In this document: piece by piece, positions 38,184 to 50,934 of the stretch
How positions within the stretch are numbered: position 1 is the first letter of the stretch
Layout: every line of letters starts with the position of its first letter
Assembly: GCF_018350175.1 (NCBI RefSeq)
Contig: NC_058368.1
Location: forward strand, 231,138,001 to 231,202,000
Source: Felis catus
Lineage: Eukaryota
Reading direction: 5' to 3'
Length of the DNA stretch: 64,000 nt
Notes under the pieces: model-generated
Seen by the model: the letters and a program-made list of their open reading frames with translations, nothing else
Told to the model about the DNA's origin: nothing
Database searches by the model: none
Made by a program: the position numbers and the translations under genes

Positions 38184-38804
38184 CACGCAACCTCAAAGCA
38201 AAAATACTGTGTTAAAGCAAGAATCTGTCAGCAGCAGAGATGTAAAAGTGTGACTGTGATAATAAGTATATTCAAAGCTAAAAAATTCCCTAATACATAG
38301 AAAGGTGAATTGCCCTTTTGATAAGAACTATTCTCCTAAAACTGCACTCTTCTGTAACTAAGAAACGTTAAATAGAAATATGCAAAATCAGGTCACCACT
38401 GGTGTCCTAAGAGTTTTAAACTCCAATCCCAACAGTTTAAAGTCCTAAGTCCGGTCCTAACAGTTTAAACTCCACAAAAAACATATCCAAGGACTTGACA
38501 CAGTAACAACAGCGGGCAGCACAGGAGACACCCCTTTAGCTTCACGTCACACCACCAAAGGTCTAAGGACATGCACACACACACGATCAGGGTGAGGGGG
38601 CACCCCAAAACCACAAAGGTGCCAGGCCAGAGAGAGGCAAGCTAGAGGTCACCTTAAGCAAAAGCCGCCAGAGCCCTGGACTACCTGGTCGACAGACCTT
38701 TACCCGGCCCCACATGGCTCTGAGCACATCTGTCCGTCTTCTTGCCTGGGGCAGCCCCTGGGGTGCAGAGGAAGCGCCTCACGAGAGCAATCCTCCCGGC
38801 TCCA

Positions 38805-40422
38805 TAACGCTCCCTCTGCAAGACCACCTATGGAAATTCGGCCACAACTTTTATTTAGACCATCTTCTCTGAGATCTTCAGGGCCAAGTGCCCACCCCAA
38901 GTGGTCGATCTGAAAGGCGACAGGCAGTGTGTACTAGGGGCAGGGACTTAGGCAAACTTTCGTCCTACTTTCTCACAGGGAATTTCTCGTGAATGAGGAG
39001 TAACTGCAATCCAAGCCCGTTATTAATGCATTTAACCAGTCCCCAGCACCCGTGGGACTAGGCTGCACATGAGCTAAGCAGTGTGGTAGATGGTCCCCAA
39101 CATTTAAAAGCACCGTGTTGCTCAATCTCGAGTGGCTGAATGCCACTTACCGAATACGAGGGATACTGAGGACTCAGGCTGGCTAACTGTTCAGCACGCT
39201 AATACCCCTGGTTATCAATAAGCCAGACAAATCACTGCCAACACAGAAAGGGCATATACCACCACCCGTGGAAGAGCTTTTGCCGTGCCGATTCTATCTG
39301 CACAGGAGCCCGGAGGGGTTGTCCAGGTTGAGTCAAATCAAGCACACACTCCAGGGTTGTGCCTTTCAGCCTCAGCTTCGGAACCACACCCTCCAGCTAC
39401 CACCACTCAAAGGACTTTGGCTTCCCGGAAGCAGCCTGTGGGGTCATGAGAACAATGCTGGCGATGTGCATCTGTTTACAGCCAGAACTGCACTGGGTAC
39501 TCGGATCCAAAGCCTCTTCAAACCTCCCACTTTCACCTTCAACCTTGATTAACGAAAACATCTTTGGCGAAAGTTTTCACTCTGGTCCGTCTTGCACCAT
39601 TCTAAGACTTTGGGCTCTTGCGACAATATGAATGTCCCAACAATTCTGCCCAATCAGCCTCTGCAAACTTCTGACGCAAACAAAATAGAACCACACTAGA
39701 ATTCCATGATTCCCGGGGCCGTATCCTGGCAGCTCAAGTCTGCTTTGAGTACTCTAGTTTTCTCCAAACATACACTTCAGCCTAGGGAAACTAGGCTAAG
39801 AGCCAAGAGCTCACTAGAGGCAGGGGGTGGGGACCTGCAAGGACCCTGCGGTAGACCCACAGGGAAGCAGGAGATCCAATATCACGCGAACATTTTAAGT
39901 ACACCGAATTTGGTATCTGCACTGAAGCTGGGATTACTGCAGCTGCCAGCACCAGACTTGCCCTGCGACGGATCCTCCTCAAAGGATTTAAAATGGACTC
40001 ATTCCAACTACAGGACCTCAAAAGAGACCAGTGTTGTTTTTCATCACTGCTCTCCCTGGTCGCAAGCAGGTCATCTGTGCATCTGTGGTCTTTCTTGGTT
40101 GGGGTATTTGACCATCAAGCTACATTTATGGCACCAAGTGTGGATTCCTGGTCGTGATGGTCGCCACTAAAGGCACTGGGACTTCTACCTAAAGTAGTTG
40201 ACAGGTCCAAGAGACAGGCGACCAATCTGGGTCATCTAGAATCACCAGAGATGCTGGTGCCTATGGGCATCGATTAGTTCCACGATTATCAGAATTACCC
40301 AGGTATGAGCAGAATAAGCACTCAAAGCCATATGGCACATGACCACACCAGGCCACAAGTGCTACGATGCCCGTGGATCGACTTTAGAGATAGGCATGTG
40401 CTACTGAGGGATTAATCAGGTA
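38805..40422 (-). pseudogene. Degenerate, nearly full-length 18S (SSU) rRNA pseudogene in MARCHF6 intron 1
   Basis: Colinear matches to reverse-complement 18S from the 3' end (taacgctccctctgcaagaccacctatggaaa, 38805) through ggcagtgtgtactaggggcagggactt, ttgctcaatctcgagtggctgaatgccactt, cttgattaacgaaaacatctttggc, gctgggattactgcagctgccagcaccagacttgccct...aaaggatttaaaatggactcattccaa, to the 5' end (gcatgtgctactgagggattaatcaggta, 40422). Confidence 0.93.
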
Positions 40423-40869
40423 GGGTGGTTTGGGTGCAAATGTGGGTGAGCCAACGCAGACCCGAGGCAGAGCAGTCCCACCTCACCCTGTCTCTGCAGG
40501 CAGCTCTCAGGCAGTTGCAGAAGTAGGGCACAGCAGCAAAAGTGTGGCACGGAGTGTAACGCCATCAGGACACAGTGTAAAGGAAAGCAGCAGCAATACT
40601 GCTGCACCCACACAAATGAGGGTAGTTATGTCACCCTCCAGAAACAAGGTGACTGAGTAAGGAGGGCCTTTGTGGGCACACTGCTGCCAACAGGATGCAG
40701 TGACAACGGGGAAGGGACACTCATGTGTGTGCCAACAGTTGATGCCACTGGGCTCATCCTGCAATGGGGACCAGCCCCACAGGGACGGCGCAGCCCCCAT
40801 GTGGCACGAGGAAGCTATAGGGAGGACCATGTATTGGCCAGATTGGGTGGGGCTCCTGAAAAGGAGCTG

Positions 40870-40980
40870 TAGCTCTGGGTTGACAGTGTGCAGCCTGCTT
40901 GAAATTCTCTCTTTCCCTCTCTGCCCCTTCCCAGTTCACTTTCTCTCAAAATAAAAACTTTAAAAAATGTAAAATAAAAT
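40870..40980 (+). mobile_element. Can-SINE 3' half
   Basis: gctctgggttgacagtgtgcagcctgcttg...ctctcaaaataaaaa. Confidence 0.75.
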
Positions 40981-41589
40981 GTGATAAAACTTTCACTGGC
41001 TATATCTTCATCAGGGGAAGAAAGCAGAGTAACATTTAAAAAATACGTCTCAACATTCCTAAAAGCCTATTTCTGTGCACCAACAACCCAATTCTAATTT
41101 AAAAACCATTTATTCTAAATGACTTTAATATGGAACTTGGTCCAAAAAATATTACAAATCTCTTCTGCAGTACTGACCCTTTGTTTTCCCACATCATGAA
41201 GATGTGACTAAGTTTCGTTCAAAAGCACCTCATGTATAATATTACCCTAAATGGAAAGGTGAAGATTGTTGGTATAAACTAGAATGGTGATAAGCCCTAG
41301 CTATAAAATACTTCTAAGGCCAACATTTGGCAGTTTAGCAGTCCCCAATCCCTGATTAGACTGTGTCATGGGCAGAGCCACACCTTATTAGGGAACTGGA
41401 AGCTGGGACAAGCTGCCAACAGAAAGGCTGCACCTGCTCTCACTCTATATCCTCAATTAAATTTCCTTATCCAGTCTGTGTGTGGACTAGGAAGGAATGG
41501 AAGCTTCTTCCCTGTCAATCCGTGTTCCAGTAAAAAAATCTGAAACAAGGTATACAAGGTATACAGAGCTAAACATTTTTTCTGGAAGG

Positions 41590-42910
41590 ATACATAAGAA
41601 TGAAGTCATTAGGAAAATGCAGTTAAAATCACAGTAAGATGGTGACGGCTGCACAACAATTAAATGTGACTATATTTAATTCCAGTGAACTGTACACTTA
41701 AAAATGATTAGAATGGTAAATTTTGTTATGCATATTTTACTACAAAAAAATTTAAATCACAGTAAGATACCACTACATACCAATTAAAATGACAAAAAGG
41801 AAAAAAAATAAAACATTTTTACCATACGACCCAGCAATCCCATTCCTAGGTACTTAATAAAATGAAAATTTATGTTTGCATAAAGACCCACATGAATTTG
41901 TACAATGGCTTCATTCATAACTTCCCCAACTGGAAACAACCAATCCAAGCATTCCACAATTGGAGAACAGATAAACTGTGGTACATCTGATATTCTTTTC
42001 TACAACAGAATACTATTAAGCAATAAAAAGGAATGAATAAGCAAAAGAAGCCAGACTGAAAAAAGCTCCATACTATATTATTCCATTTATGACATTCTAG
42101 AAAAGGTAAAACTAGAGACAGAAACACATCAGTGGTTGCCAGGGTCTCTGCCCAAAAAAGGGAACAGGGGTATTTTGAGAAGTGGCTGAACTATTCCAAA
42201 CCTTGAATGTGCTAGCTATATGACTGTCTGCATTTGTCAAAAACTCATGGACATTACCATTGATAAATGGATAAAGATGTGTTGTAGGGGCACCTGAGTG
42301 GCTCAGTCTGTCGGGCAACTGACTCTTAATTTTGGCTCAGGTCATAATCTCATGGTTTGTGGGTTCGGGCCCTGCGTGGGGCTCTTCAATGACAGCGGAG
42401 CCTGCTTGGGATTCCCTCCCTCCCTCCCTCTCTCTCTCTCTCCCCCTCAAAAATAAATAAACATTAAAAAAAAAGAGAGAGACATGTTATATACACATAC
42501 AATGATTGTTATTCAGCCATAAAAAAGAATGAAATCTTGCCATTTGCAACATATGAATGGATCCAGAGAGATTATAGCTAAGTGAAAAAAGTCAGAGAAA
42601 AACACATACCATATGATTTAACTCACATGTGGAATTTAAGAAACAAAACAAATGAATAAAGAAAAAAAGAGAGAGACAAACCAAAGACAGCCTCTTAACT
42701 ACAGAGAATAAACAGGTGGCTACCAGAGGGGAGGTAGGTGGGAGGATGGGTGTTAGGTGAAGGGGATTAACAGTACACTTATCATGATGAGCACTAATAT
42801 AGGAACCGTTGAATCATTATATTGTATACCTGAAACTAATATAACACTGTATGTTAACTACACTGGAATTAAAAAACTACACAAACTGACCCAGACCAAA
42901 AAAAAAAAAA
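41590..42910 (+). mobile_element. Several L1 3' fragments with an embedded Can-SINE (42287-42474)
   Basis: ccatacgacccagcaatcccattcctagg; tcagccataaaaaagaatgaaatcttgccatttgcaac; ctgaaactaatataacactgtatgttaact. Confidence 0.85.
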
Positions 42911-43149
42911 CAAAAAACCCCATGAACATTAAATAGTAAGGTAAATTAAAGTATCGTTTAAATACTTTAATTGAAGAACAAATGGGAAAGGGTAATGACA
43001 TGAAAAAAAGTTACTGTTCCCTCACTCAAATGTAGTCTGATGAAGTTGCATACTGAAACGTATCCCAACATGCACATTAATTTCATCAGTCAGACAGGAA
43101 CTAATGCCATTAGGGACTGTGGAAATCATCAGCACTGGACATTAAATAT

Positions 43150-43500
43150 TTCTGGCATTCCACTTTCTGGATAAATAATAGGACTGCCCTCCCTGCCACT
43201 CTGAAATTAGAAATGAAATACAAGCTAGAGTGATGTGTACCACTTCTGGGTAGAAAACTCTGGGAGCTAACGAACACAACTCACCACACTGCATTTTCCT
43301 GCCTTAATGACTGTGGAAGCACACTAACATGGAGCTTCCAGCAATCTAGGTTTCCACATGACCGCAGGTACCAGGGGCATCTCTCCCCAGCCTGTACCAG
43401 ACATGATGCTCAGGGAGAAAGAAACCTCTGTCGCTTTAAGCTGCCGTGACTTCTGAGTTGTGCCTAAGACATAAATCAGCCTATCCTGTTTCAGAAAGGG
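43150..43500 (+). mobile_element. MaLR LTR (MLT1-like)
   Basis: gtgatgtgtaccacttctggg...gagaaagaaacctctgtcgctttaagctgc..gagttg...agcctatcctg. Confidence 0.55.
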
Positions 43501-44384
43501 TCTTAGCAGCTTCGGGGGCAGGGGGAGCAACTAAAACACAACTACCACCAACACAGAAAGTCAAAGAAAGACTAACCTGTTTTGTATACTAAAATCAATC
43601 ACACCACCCAACGCCTCAACAGAATAATATGGCCAAGGTTATAAGACAATAAAGTCTGCATAAGGCACAGCCTGAGGCCTTTTCGTAAAATTGAAATAAT
43701 AAAGTTCTGTGGTAGAACAAGGCTCCCACCAGATTTACATGCAGCAAAACTACAAATCTTGTCAGGCCAAAGTAAAAACATCGCATTTCACTTGTTAGGA
43801 ATGCAAACCTGCTTAGAAACAGTGAAGAGAAACTCTTCCTGCCTTTTTCCCCCCCTTCCCTCTCCCCAGGCTCTTCCTGCTTTTCAAAAGTAAATTTCTT
43901 CTGTTTAATCGTGTGGGAACTTTTGTGGCTTTATTTGAATACCTAATATCTTCACAAAAGCATACCCTTTAATAGCACAGAGCCTAGCTCAATAAATATA
44001 AAGGTGTTTTTTTTTGTTTTGTTTTTTTACTGAAAAACTTCAAATCCTTAGTAACCGAGTATGGAGATGGCCCAGGAAATGAGAAGGAGGGAGAAAAGAA
44101 CAACCAGTAAGAAGAGTAGGTTACCAAGTTGGAGTCAGCTGTGGAAGTCAACACCCGTATTGGTTTGGCCCATCCCATCAATTTTTCTAGCCAATAATCC
44201 AGTTCACCAAATGTATCCTAAGCACCTACTACAGAAAAAAGAAGAGCTTTGGGTAGATGTCATTATATTTAGGCCATCATCTACCTTGAATGTTTTTCCA
44301 CGTAAGATTTTAAAATGTTTGCACAATCCTTCAGGTAATCAACTAATGATAACTCAAAAAGCAAAGGGTTGGTAAATTATTAAA

Positions 44385-44925
44385 AGACTTTATTTTCCAG
44401 AACAAGTTTACATTTACAGAAAATCTGAGAAGACAGTGCAGTGTTCTCATACGCACAGCACCTAGTATCACGTTTTTAACACCTTACATTAGGATGGTAC
44501 TTTTGTTTGAATCTAATGAACTAATATTCACACATTAGCATAAACTAAAATCAACAGTTCATTCAGATTTCCTTTCTCTGCACCAAATATCCTTTTTTTT
44601 GTTGTTCCAAAATCCACCTGACATTTATTTAGCTGCCATGTCTCCTTAGCTTGGCTAAGAGTTTCTCTTGGCTCTGGCAGTTTCTTAGGCTTTCCTTGTT
44701 TCTGATGACTTTGGTTGTTTTAAGGAGTATTGGGTAGGTATGTTGTAGGATGTCTTTTTCAGAATGTCTCATGTTTTGCTCATGATTAGAATATGGGGCT
44801 ATAGGTCTGAGGGAAGAAAATCACATAGGCAAAGTGCCATTTTCATCACATCATATTAAGGGTATATACCATTAACATGAATTATGATTGTTAATGTTGG
44901 CCTTGAGTCATTTGGCTGAAGTAAC
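44385..44925 (-). mobile_element. L1MC-like 3' end
   Basis: tttacagaaaatctgagaagacagtgca...aagtgccattttcatcacatcatattaagggta. Confidence 0.7.
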
Positions 44926-45479
44926 AAAGGATTTTTAATATCTGATTACCAATAAAATTTTACAATTAGTAGCTATGATCACAGTAGGCAAATATTAATA
45001 TAGGATTGAAAAATATTACTCAAAATATCAGTGAATAACCTACATACACAAAACCAGGGGAATGGGCATATTAAATTGTGGTACATTTACTACATGGAAT
45101 ATAGAAAAATGCAAAATGTTAAGTAAACAAAACAGGAATAAAAACTGAAATAAAATACACACTATACTTCCTACTAGGTAAAAATATCAGAATAGCCTAA
45201 AAGAGAAAATACAAAAAAAAAAAAAACAAAAACAAACCAACATAGCCATTATAATTGGTTAGATGAGAACACTGGTGATTTTCTTGCCTTCCTTCCCCAA
45301 AGTTTCTAGTACTTCACTGCCACTCTCTACTTGGAAAAGTTTGCCTATAAAAAAATGTACATAATTAGGCCTTGCAAACACAGGATTCAAAATCCTAATT
45401 CTACATATACCCCAAGGTTTAATTATTTTCTCTCTCCAGATTACTCATTACAAAATGAACATTCACCTGTACTGTTGCT

Positions 45480-46285
45480 CTTGGAAGCCTGAAAACCACA
45501 TTTTTTTGGCTTCTTTGCTGACTAGGCTTGAGTTGCATTCGGTCAACAAGAAGCACTTTCGCCGGAAAAGGTAAAGCCATTTCCTACTACTGGCTCTAAA
45601 AACAGCAGTGGCAGCTACCTGCAGGTGCTATGGACTCCTGCAGTAGTTAGAGATCCTGGTGGTGATTCTGCCAGCAGCACAGGCAGTGGCTCCAATGGCT
45701 TTGGGAGGGGTGGGCCAGGTATCAACGCATTCCCTCTCAGCTCCAGATTCGTTCTTCAGTATCCGTCCAGTGGTAAGAGAATGAATCCTTAAGCCTTTCT
45801 TTACACAAACACGTCAGTACAGGGTGCTGGAGGGACAAGGCAAGAAGAAGGAAGTGGTTTTCCGGCTCCTGCTGCACTGTCAGTAGGTCTGTTATAATGT
45901 CTACCTTTTCACAATCCTACTGGTAAGAAGAACCCAATACACTCCAGGCCTTGTACCTAACAATGGTATCCAACTTCCTCTGCATGCCCATCCATCAACT
46001 CTGGCTTGCCTGCACCCTGGAGGGTTGCTTCCTGCTTGCCCAGAAACTGCAGACCAGCTCTGAACAACTCCACATTTCTCCAATGTCTGAACTACAGACG
46101 TGAGGGGGGCCCCACCAATTCAGAATGTGTCCCTACTTGGATATTCTCCCTCTTGTCCAAAGTACCCTTTACAGTATGCTTTACACCTTTATAGCTACGC
46201 TCTTACTGTAGCTTAATAACTCTTTCAACTTCCTCTGGCTAAATTACTGTGTGTTTTCTGTCTCCTCACTAGACCAAGACTGCAA
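45480..46285 (+). mobile_element. ERVL-type LTR (LTR33-like)
   Basis: gcctgaaaaccacatttt...gcagtggcagc...; terminus ttttctgtctcctcactagaccaagactgca. Confidence 0.4.
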
Positions 46286-46899
46286 AAAACAAACAAACAA
46301 AAAAAAAAAACAGAAAAAAAAAAAAGAAAAAGAAGATTTTAAAAAACCAAGTGGAAGGTTTAGAATTGGAAAATACAGGGAGTGTGGGCTCATCATCCTG
46401 GACTTGAGCTCGACAGCAATGGCTACCACAAAAAACAGCACTTGTACAATTCTTTGGACTTGCCAGCTGGACTAGCTGTTTTTTCCTTCCATGGAACATC
46501 ATGTTGTTTTTTGAAACATCATGTTTACCATGGGTTAAAAAAACTGAGAAAACAAAAACAGTTATTCAGGTCTGGGTATTCGGCAGACATTTTATCACAA
46601 AAGAATCAAGTGAGCCCAGGAGTGAAGGAAAACAACTAACGATATTTACTGCCAATAATAAAAATCAAACTTTCAGACAAAAATTATGATTTTAGAAAAC
46701 TTGTATCCATCACAACGAACATAACAGCCTCTCTAATACCTAAAAGGCTTTTCAAGACGAGCTAGGTGGTGACGTTAGTGAATGGAAGCTTTTCTACTAC
46801 CATTTGGAAGATATGCAGAACTCAGCGACTATCTACCAAAAGATCAATACATCATGCTACAAAACCATGCATGAGTAAAATAATAACCCAATAGATTTT

Positions 46900-49482
46900 T
46901 AAAAATAGCTTTATTGAGGAATAAGTGACATTCAATAAAATGCGTTTAAATATCACTTGGTACACTTGACAATGATAAAACGGTCACCACAACTGAAATA
47001 AGGTATCCATCACCACCAAAATTAACTCAAGTTCCTTGATAATCTCACTGTCCCACTCTCCTCTCCGCCCCACTCCTAAGCAAGTACCTACCTGCATTCC
47101 AGTACTTCGGATTAACTTGCATTCTCTAGAGTTTTATGTAAGTGGCACATACCTTGGCTTCTTCTTTCACTCATCCTAATTATTTTGAGATTCATCTATG
47201 TTGTTACGTGTATCAAAAGTTCATTTCTTTTTAGCACAGACTAGTATTCCACTGTATGGATGTGTCACAATTTGTTTATCCATTCGTCTGTTGATGGGCA
47301 TTTGGGCTAGTGCAAGTTTTGGGATTTTACAAATAAAACTGCTATGTACGTGCACATACGAGTTTGTAGGCATTCATTTCTCCTAGTAAACCCCTAGGAG
47401 TGCTATGGCTCGATCATGTGTTAAGTGCATGTTTAACTTTCTAAGAAACCGCTACACTGATTTTCAAAGTGGCCGTACCATTTTACATTCCCACCAGCAG
47501 TACACGAAAGCACCGGTTGTTCCACATTCTCACCAACATTTGGTATGGTCGTCCTTTACAATTTCATCCTCTCTAACAGGTACACAATAGAGATAGCTCA
47601 TCGTAGTCTTCTTTTGTTAACAGCTTTATTGAAATACACAAATTATAAAGCTCAACAACTTAAAGTATTCAATCTGATGGTTTTTAATTTACGTACAGAG
47701 TTATGCAACCATTACCACAATCTAGTTTTTTAACAACTTCATCATCCCAAAAAGAAACCTTGTAACAATATATTAACAGTCACTCCTCATTCTTTGTCTT
47801 TATATAGATTTGCCTATTGGGGATATTTCACACAATTTGAATCATATGAAATGTGGTGTTTCAGGACTAGCTTCTTTCACCTAGCATAATGTTTATGAGG
47901 TTCAGCCAAGTTGTAATACATACCAGTATTTCACTCCTTTGTATTTCCAAATATTCCATTTTATAGATCTACCACATTTTACTTATCCATTCATCAGATA
48001 ATAGACAACGGATTGTGACATTTTTAATCCTCTTGGGTATATACCTAGGAATGGAACTGGCAGCTCAGTTTAACTTTTTGAGGTTAATTAGCCACACTAT
48101 ATACATTCTCACCAGAAATGAATGGAAGCTCCAATTTCTCCACAATCCCAACAACACTGATTATCCGTCCCTTTTGATTACACTCATTGCTGTGGGTGTG
48201 AATTCTTTCACTGTCATCTTGATTTGCATGTACCTAACGACCAGTGATGCTCTGTATCGTTTTATACGCTTACTAGCCATGTGCATATATCCTCTGGTGA
48301 AGTTTCCAAAATCTTTGGGCCATCTCTTAAACTGGGTCATTTGTGGGGCGCCTGGATGGCTCAATTGGCTAAGTGTCTGACTTTGGCTTAGGTCAAGATC
48401 TCGAAGTTCGCAAGTTCGAGCCCCTCATCAGGCTCTGTGCTGACAGCTGAGTCTGCAGCCTTCTGATTCTGTGTCTCCCTCTCTCTCTCCCCTCCCCCAT
48501 TCACACTCAGTATCTCTCAAAAATAAACATTAAAAAAAAATTTTTTTAATTGGGTCATTTGTTTTCTTCTTGAGTTTTGAGAGTTTCTTATATACTCCAG
48601 TAAGTCCTTTTATCAGATATATGTTTTGCAAACATTTTCTGTGGCATGTCCTCATTCTCTAAACAGTGATGAGGGGCGCCTGGGTGGCGCAGTCGGTTAA
48701 GCATCCGACTTCAGCCAGGTCACGATCTCGCGGTCCGTGGGTTCGAGCCCCGCATCGGGCTCTGGGCTGATGGCTCAGAGCCTGGAGCCTGTTTCCGATT
48801 CTGTGTCTCCCTCTCTCTCTGCCCCTCCCCTGTTCATGCTCTGTCTCTCTCTGTCCCAAAAATAAATAAACGTTGAGAAAAAAAAACATTTACAAAAAAT
48901 AAACAGTGATGAATTTTGATGCCATCCAATTTAACAATTTCTTCTTTTAGGGATCATGCTTTTAGTGTTGTACCTAAGAAATCTTAGCAGACTAACCCAA
49001 GATCACAAAGATTTTCTCCTATGTTCTTCTAAAACTTTCACAGTTAGGTTTTTCATTTAGATCTAACATCCCTTTGGGCTAATTTTGGTACATGGTCCAA
49101 GGAATGCCTCAAACTTCATTTTCTGCCTTTGGACAATTATTCCAGCACCATTTGTTGAAAAACTATACTTTCTCCACCGAAATGCTTTTGTATCTTTTTT
49201 CTTTTCCTTTTTTTTTGGGGGGGGGGAGGGGGAGAGAGAAAGAGAGAGTAAGGAAGTTTAAGCAGGGCAGAGGGGAAGAGGGAGAGAGAGAATCCCAAGC
49301 AGGCTCCAGGCTCAGCAGAGAGCCCGACACAGGGCTCGATCCCATGACCCTGAGACCATGACCTGAGCCAGACGCTCAACAGATGGAGCCACCAGGCACC
49401 CCTGCTTTTGTATCTGGATTAGTCAAAAATCAATTGTCCATATACGTATGAGTCTATTCCTGGACTATCCCGAGCCATCAGA
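46900..49482 (-). mobile_element. L1 (L1MB-like) insertion(s) with nested Can-SINEs (48345-48548 +, 48673-48899 +, 49195-49402 -)
   Basis: Two L1 3' termini (agctttattgag at ~46908, agctttattgaa at ~47622); 12-bp TSD ccaatagatttt at 46888-46899 and 49483-49494. Confidence 0.85.
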
Positions 49483-49909
49483 CCAATAGATTTTAATTTA
49501 AGTTGATTTAATTTTTAAAAGGTGATATATATGTTTTCAGATGTAATACTGCTTAAAGAAACTACTACTTGTCAACTTTTGGCATAGTATCAAAGGATAT
49601 CAAAAATTACCTGAAAATATACCTCCCTTTTCAAATTACCTGAGTGAAGCCAAATTTTCTTCATACACTTTAACCAAAACATATGGCAAGAGGAACTACA
49701 GAGGCAGAGATGTGAATCCAATTGTCTTGTAAGAATCCAGGCATAAAAGAGATTGGCAAAAAATTCAAACAATGATACTCTTCTCACTGAGGTTTTTGTC
49801 TTGGAAAATACATTTATCATAAAGTTATTTTTGTTAACATGTATTGTATTTAAAGTTGTTTTCATTTCTAATAGAGTAAAAAGATAACCCCTACATAAAC
49901 AAAAGTCCT

Positions 49910-50580
49910 GGGGCACCTGGATGGCTCAGTCGGTTGAGCGTCCGACTTCAGCTCAGGTCACGATCTTGCGGTCCATGAGTTCGAGCCCCACGTCAGGCTC
50001 TGGGCTGATGGCTCGGAGCCTGGAGCCTGTTTCCGATTCTGTGTCTCCCTCTCTCTCTGCCCCTCCCCTGCTCATGCTCTGCCTCTCTCTGTCTCAAAAA
50101 TAAATAAACGTTAATAAAAAAAATTAAAAAATAAATAAAAAATAAATAAAAGTCCTATGGGTCCTCAGTATTTAAAAGTGTAAAAGGAGGGGCACCTGGG
50201 TGGTTCAGTCAGTTAAGCGTTCAACTCTTGATTTCGCTCAGGTCATGATTCCAGGTCATGGGATTGAGCCTCTGCTTAAGATTCTCTCTCTCATGGGGCA
50301 CCTGGATGGCTCAGTCGATTAAGCGTCCGACTTCGGCTCAGGTCATGATCTCGAAGTTCACAAGTTCGAGCCCTGCATCAGGCTCTGTGCTGACAGCTCA
50401 GAGCCTAGAGCCTGCTTCTGATTCTGTGTCTCCCTCTCTCTCTGCCCTTCCCTGCTTGTGCTCTTGCTCCCTCTCTCTCTCTCTCAAAAATACATAAAAA
50501 CATTAAAAACACACACACACACTCTCTCTCTCTCTCTGTCCCTCTCTCCTGATCACTCTCTCTAAAATTAAAAAAAAAAA
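49910..50580 (+). mobile_element. Can-SINE cluster (49910-50150; 50189-50580 with a nested copy at ~50296-50510)
   Basis: Three SINE heads; TSDs aaaagtcct and aaaagtgtaaa. Confidence 0.88.
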
Positions 50581-50934
50581 AGTGTAAAGGAATCCTAAGT
50601 CCAATGGTCTACAAACTGTTCCATTTAATAAAAGTGCCTCTGAGGAACTTTGAAATGGCTAGGAATGGGGGAGTTCAATATTTGATAAATGGGGAAGAAA
50701 GAGACAAGGAACCTCCAAATCTTCTATTCAAAAGTGCTATAATAGAATTACACACTAAAAATACTAAATTTGATCGTATACAAATTATACCTTATTAACC
50801 TATCAGTACAGAATACACAAGTGGAAGCAGGGAAGTGAGAGAGAAAAGTAAAAAAGACATTGTAATTAAGTTCAGTTATAAGAAATAAGTGTACAGAAAA
50901 TGTTCCATGTCTTCCAAGCCTTCAAGAATTTATG

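Larger units (their letters stand above)
46460..50620 (+). mobile_element. hAT-Charlie1-like DNA transposon, split by L1 and SINE insertions
   Basis: gttattcaggtctgggtattcggcagacattt...gaaggaaaacaactaacgatatttactgccaataataaaa (46560-46680); resumes at 49483 (...aatccaattgtctt..aatccaggcataaaagagattggcaaaaa). Confidence 0.75.

Noticed and set aside
39706..40170. 154-aa + strand ORF and neighbouring ORFs at 39268-40954
   Set aside because: They lie in the degenerate 18S relic and its GC-rich flanks; chance ORFs.
38805..40422. Functional rRNA gene or contaminant SSU sequence
   Set aside because: Invariant SSU positions are mutated, large deletions are present, CpG decay is evident, and it is embedded in contiguous host intron.
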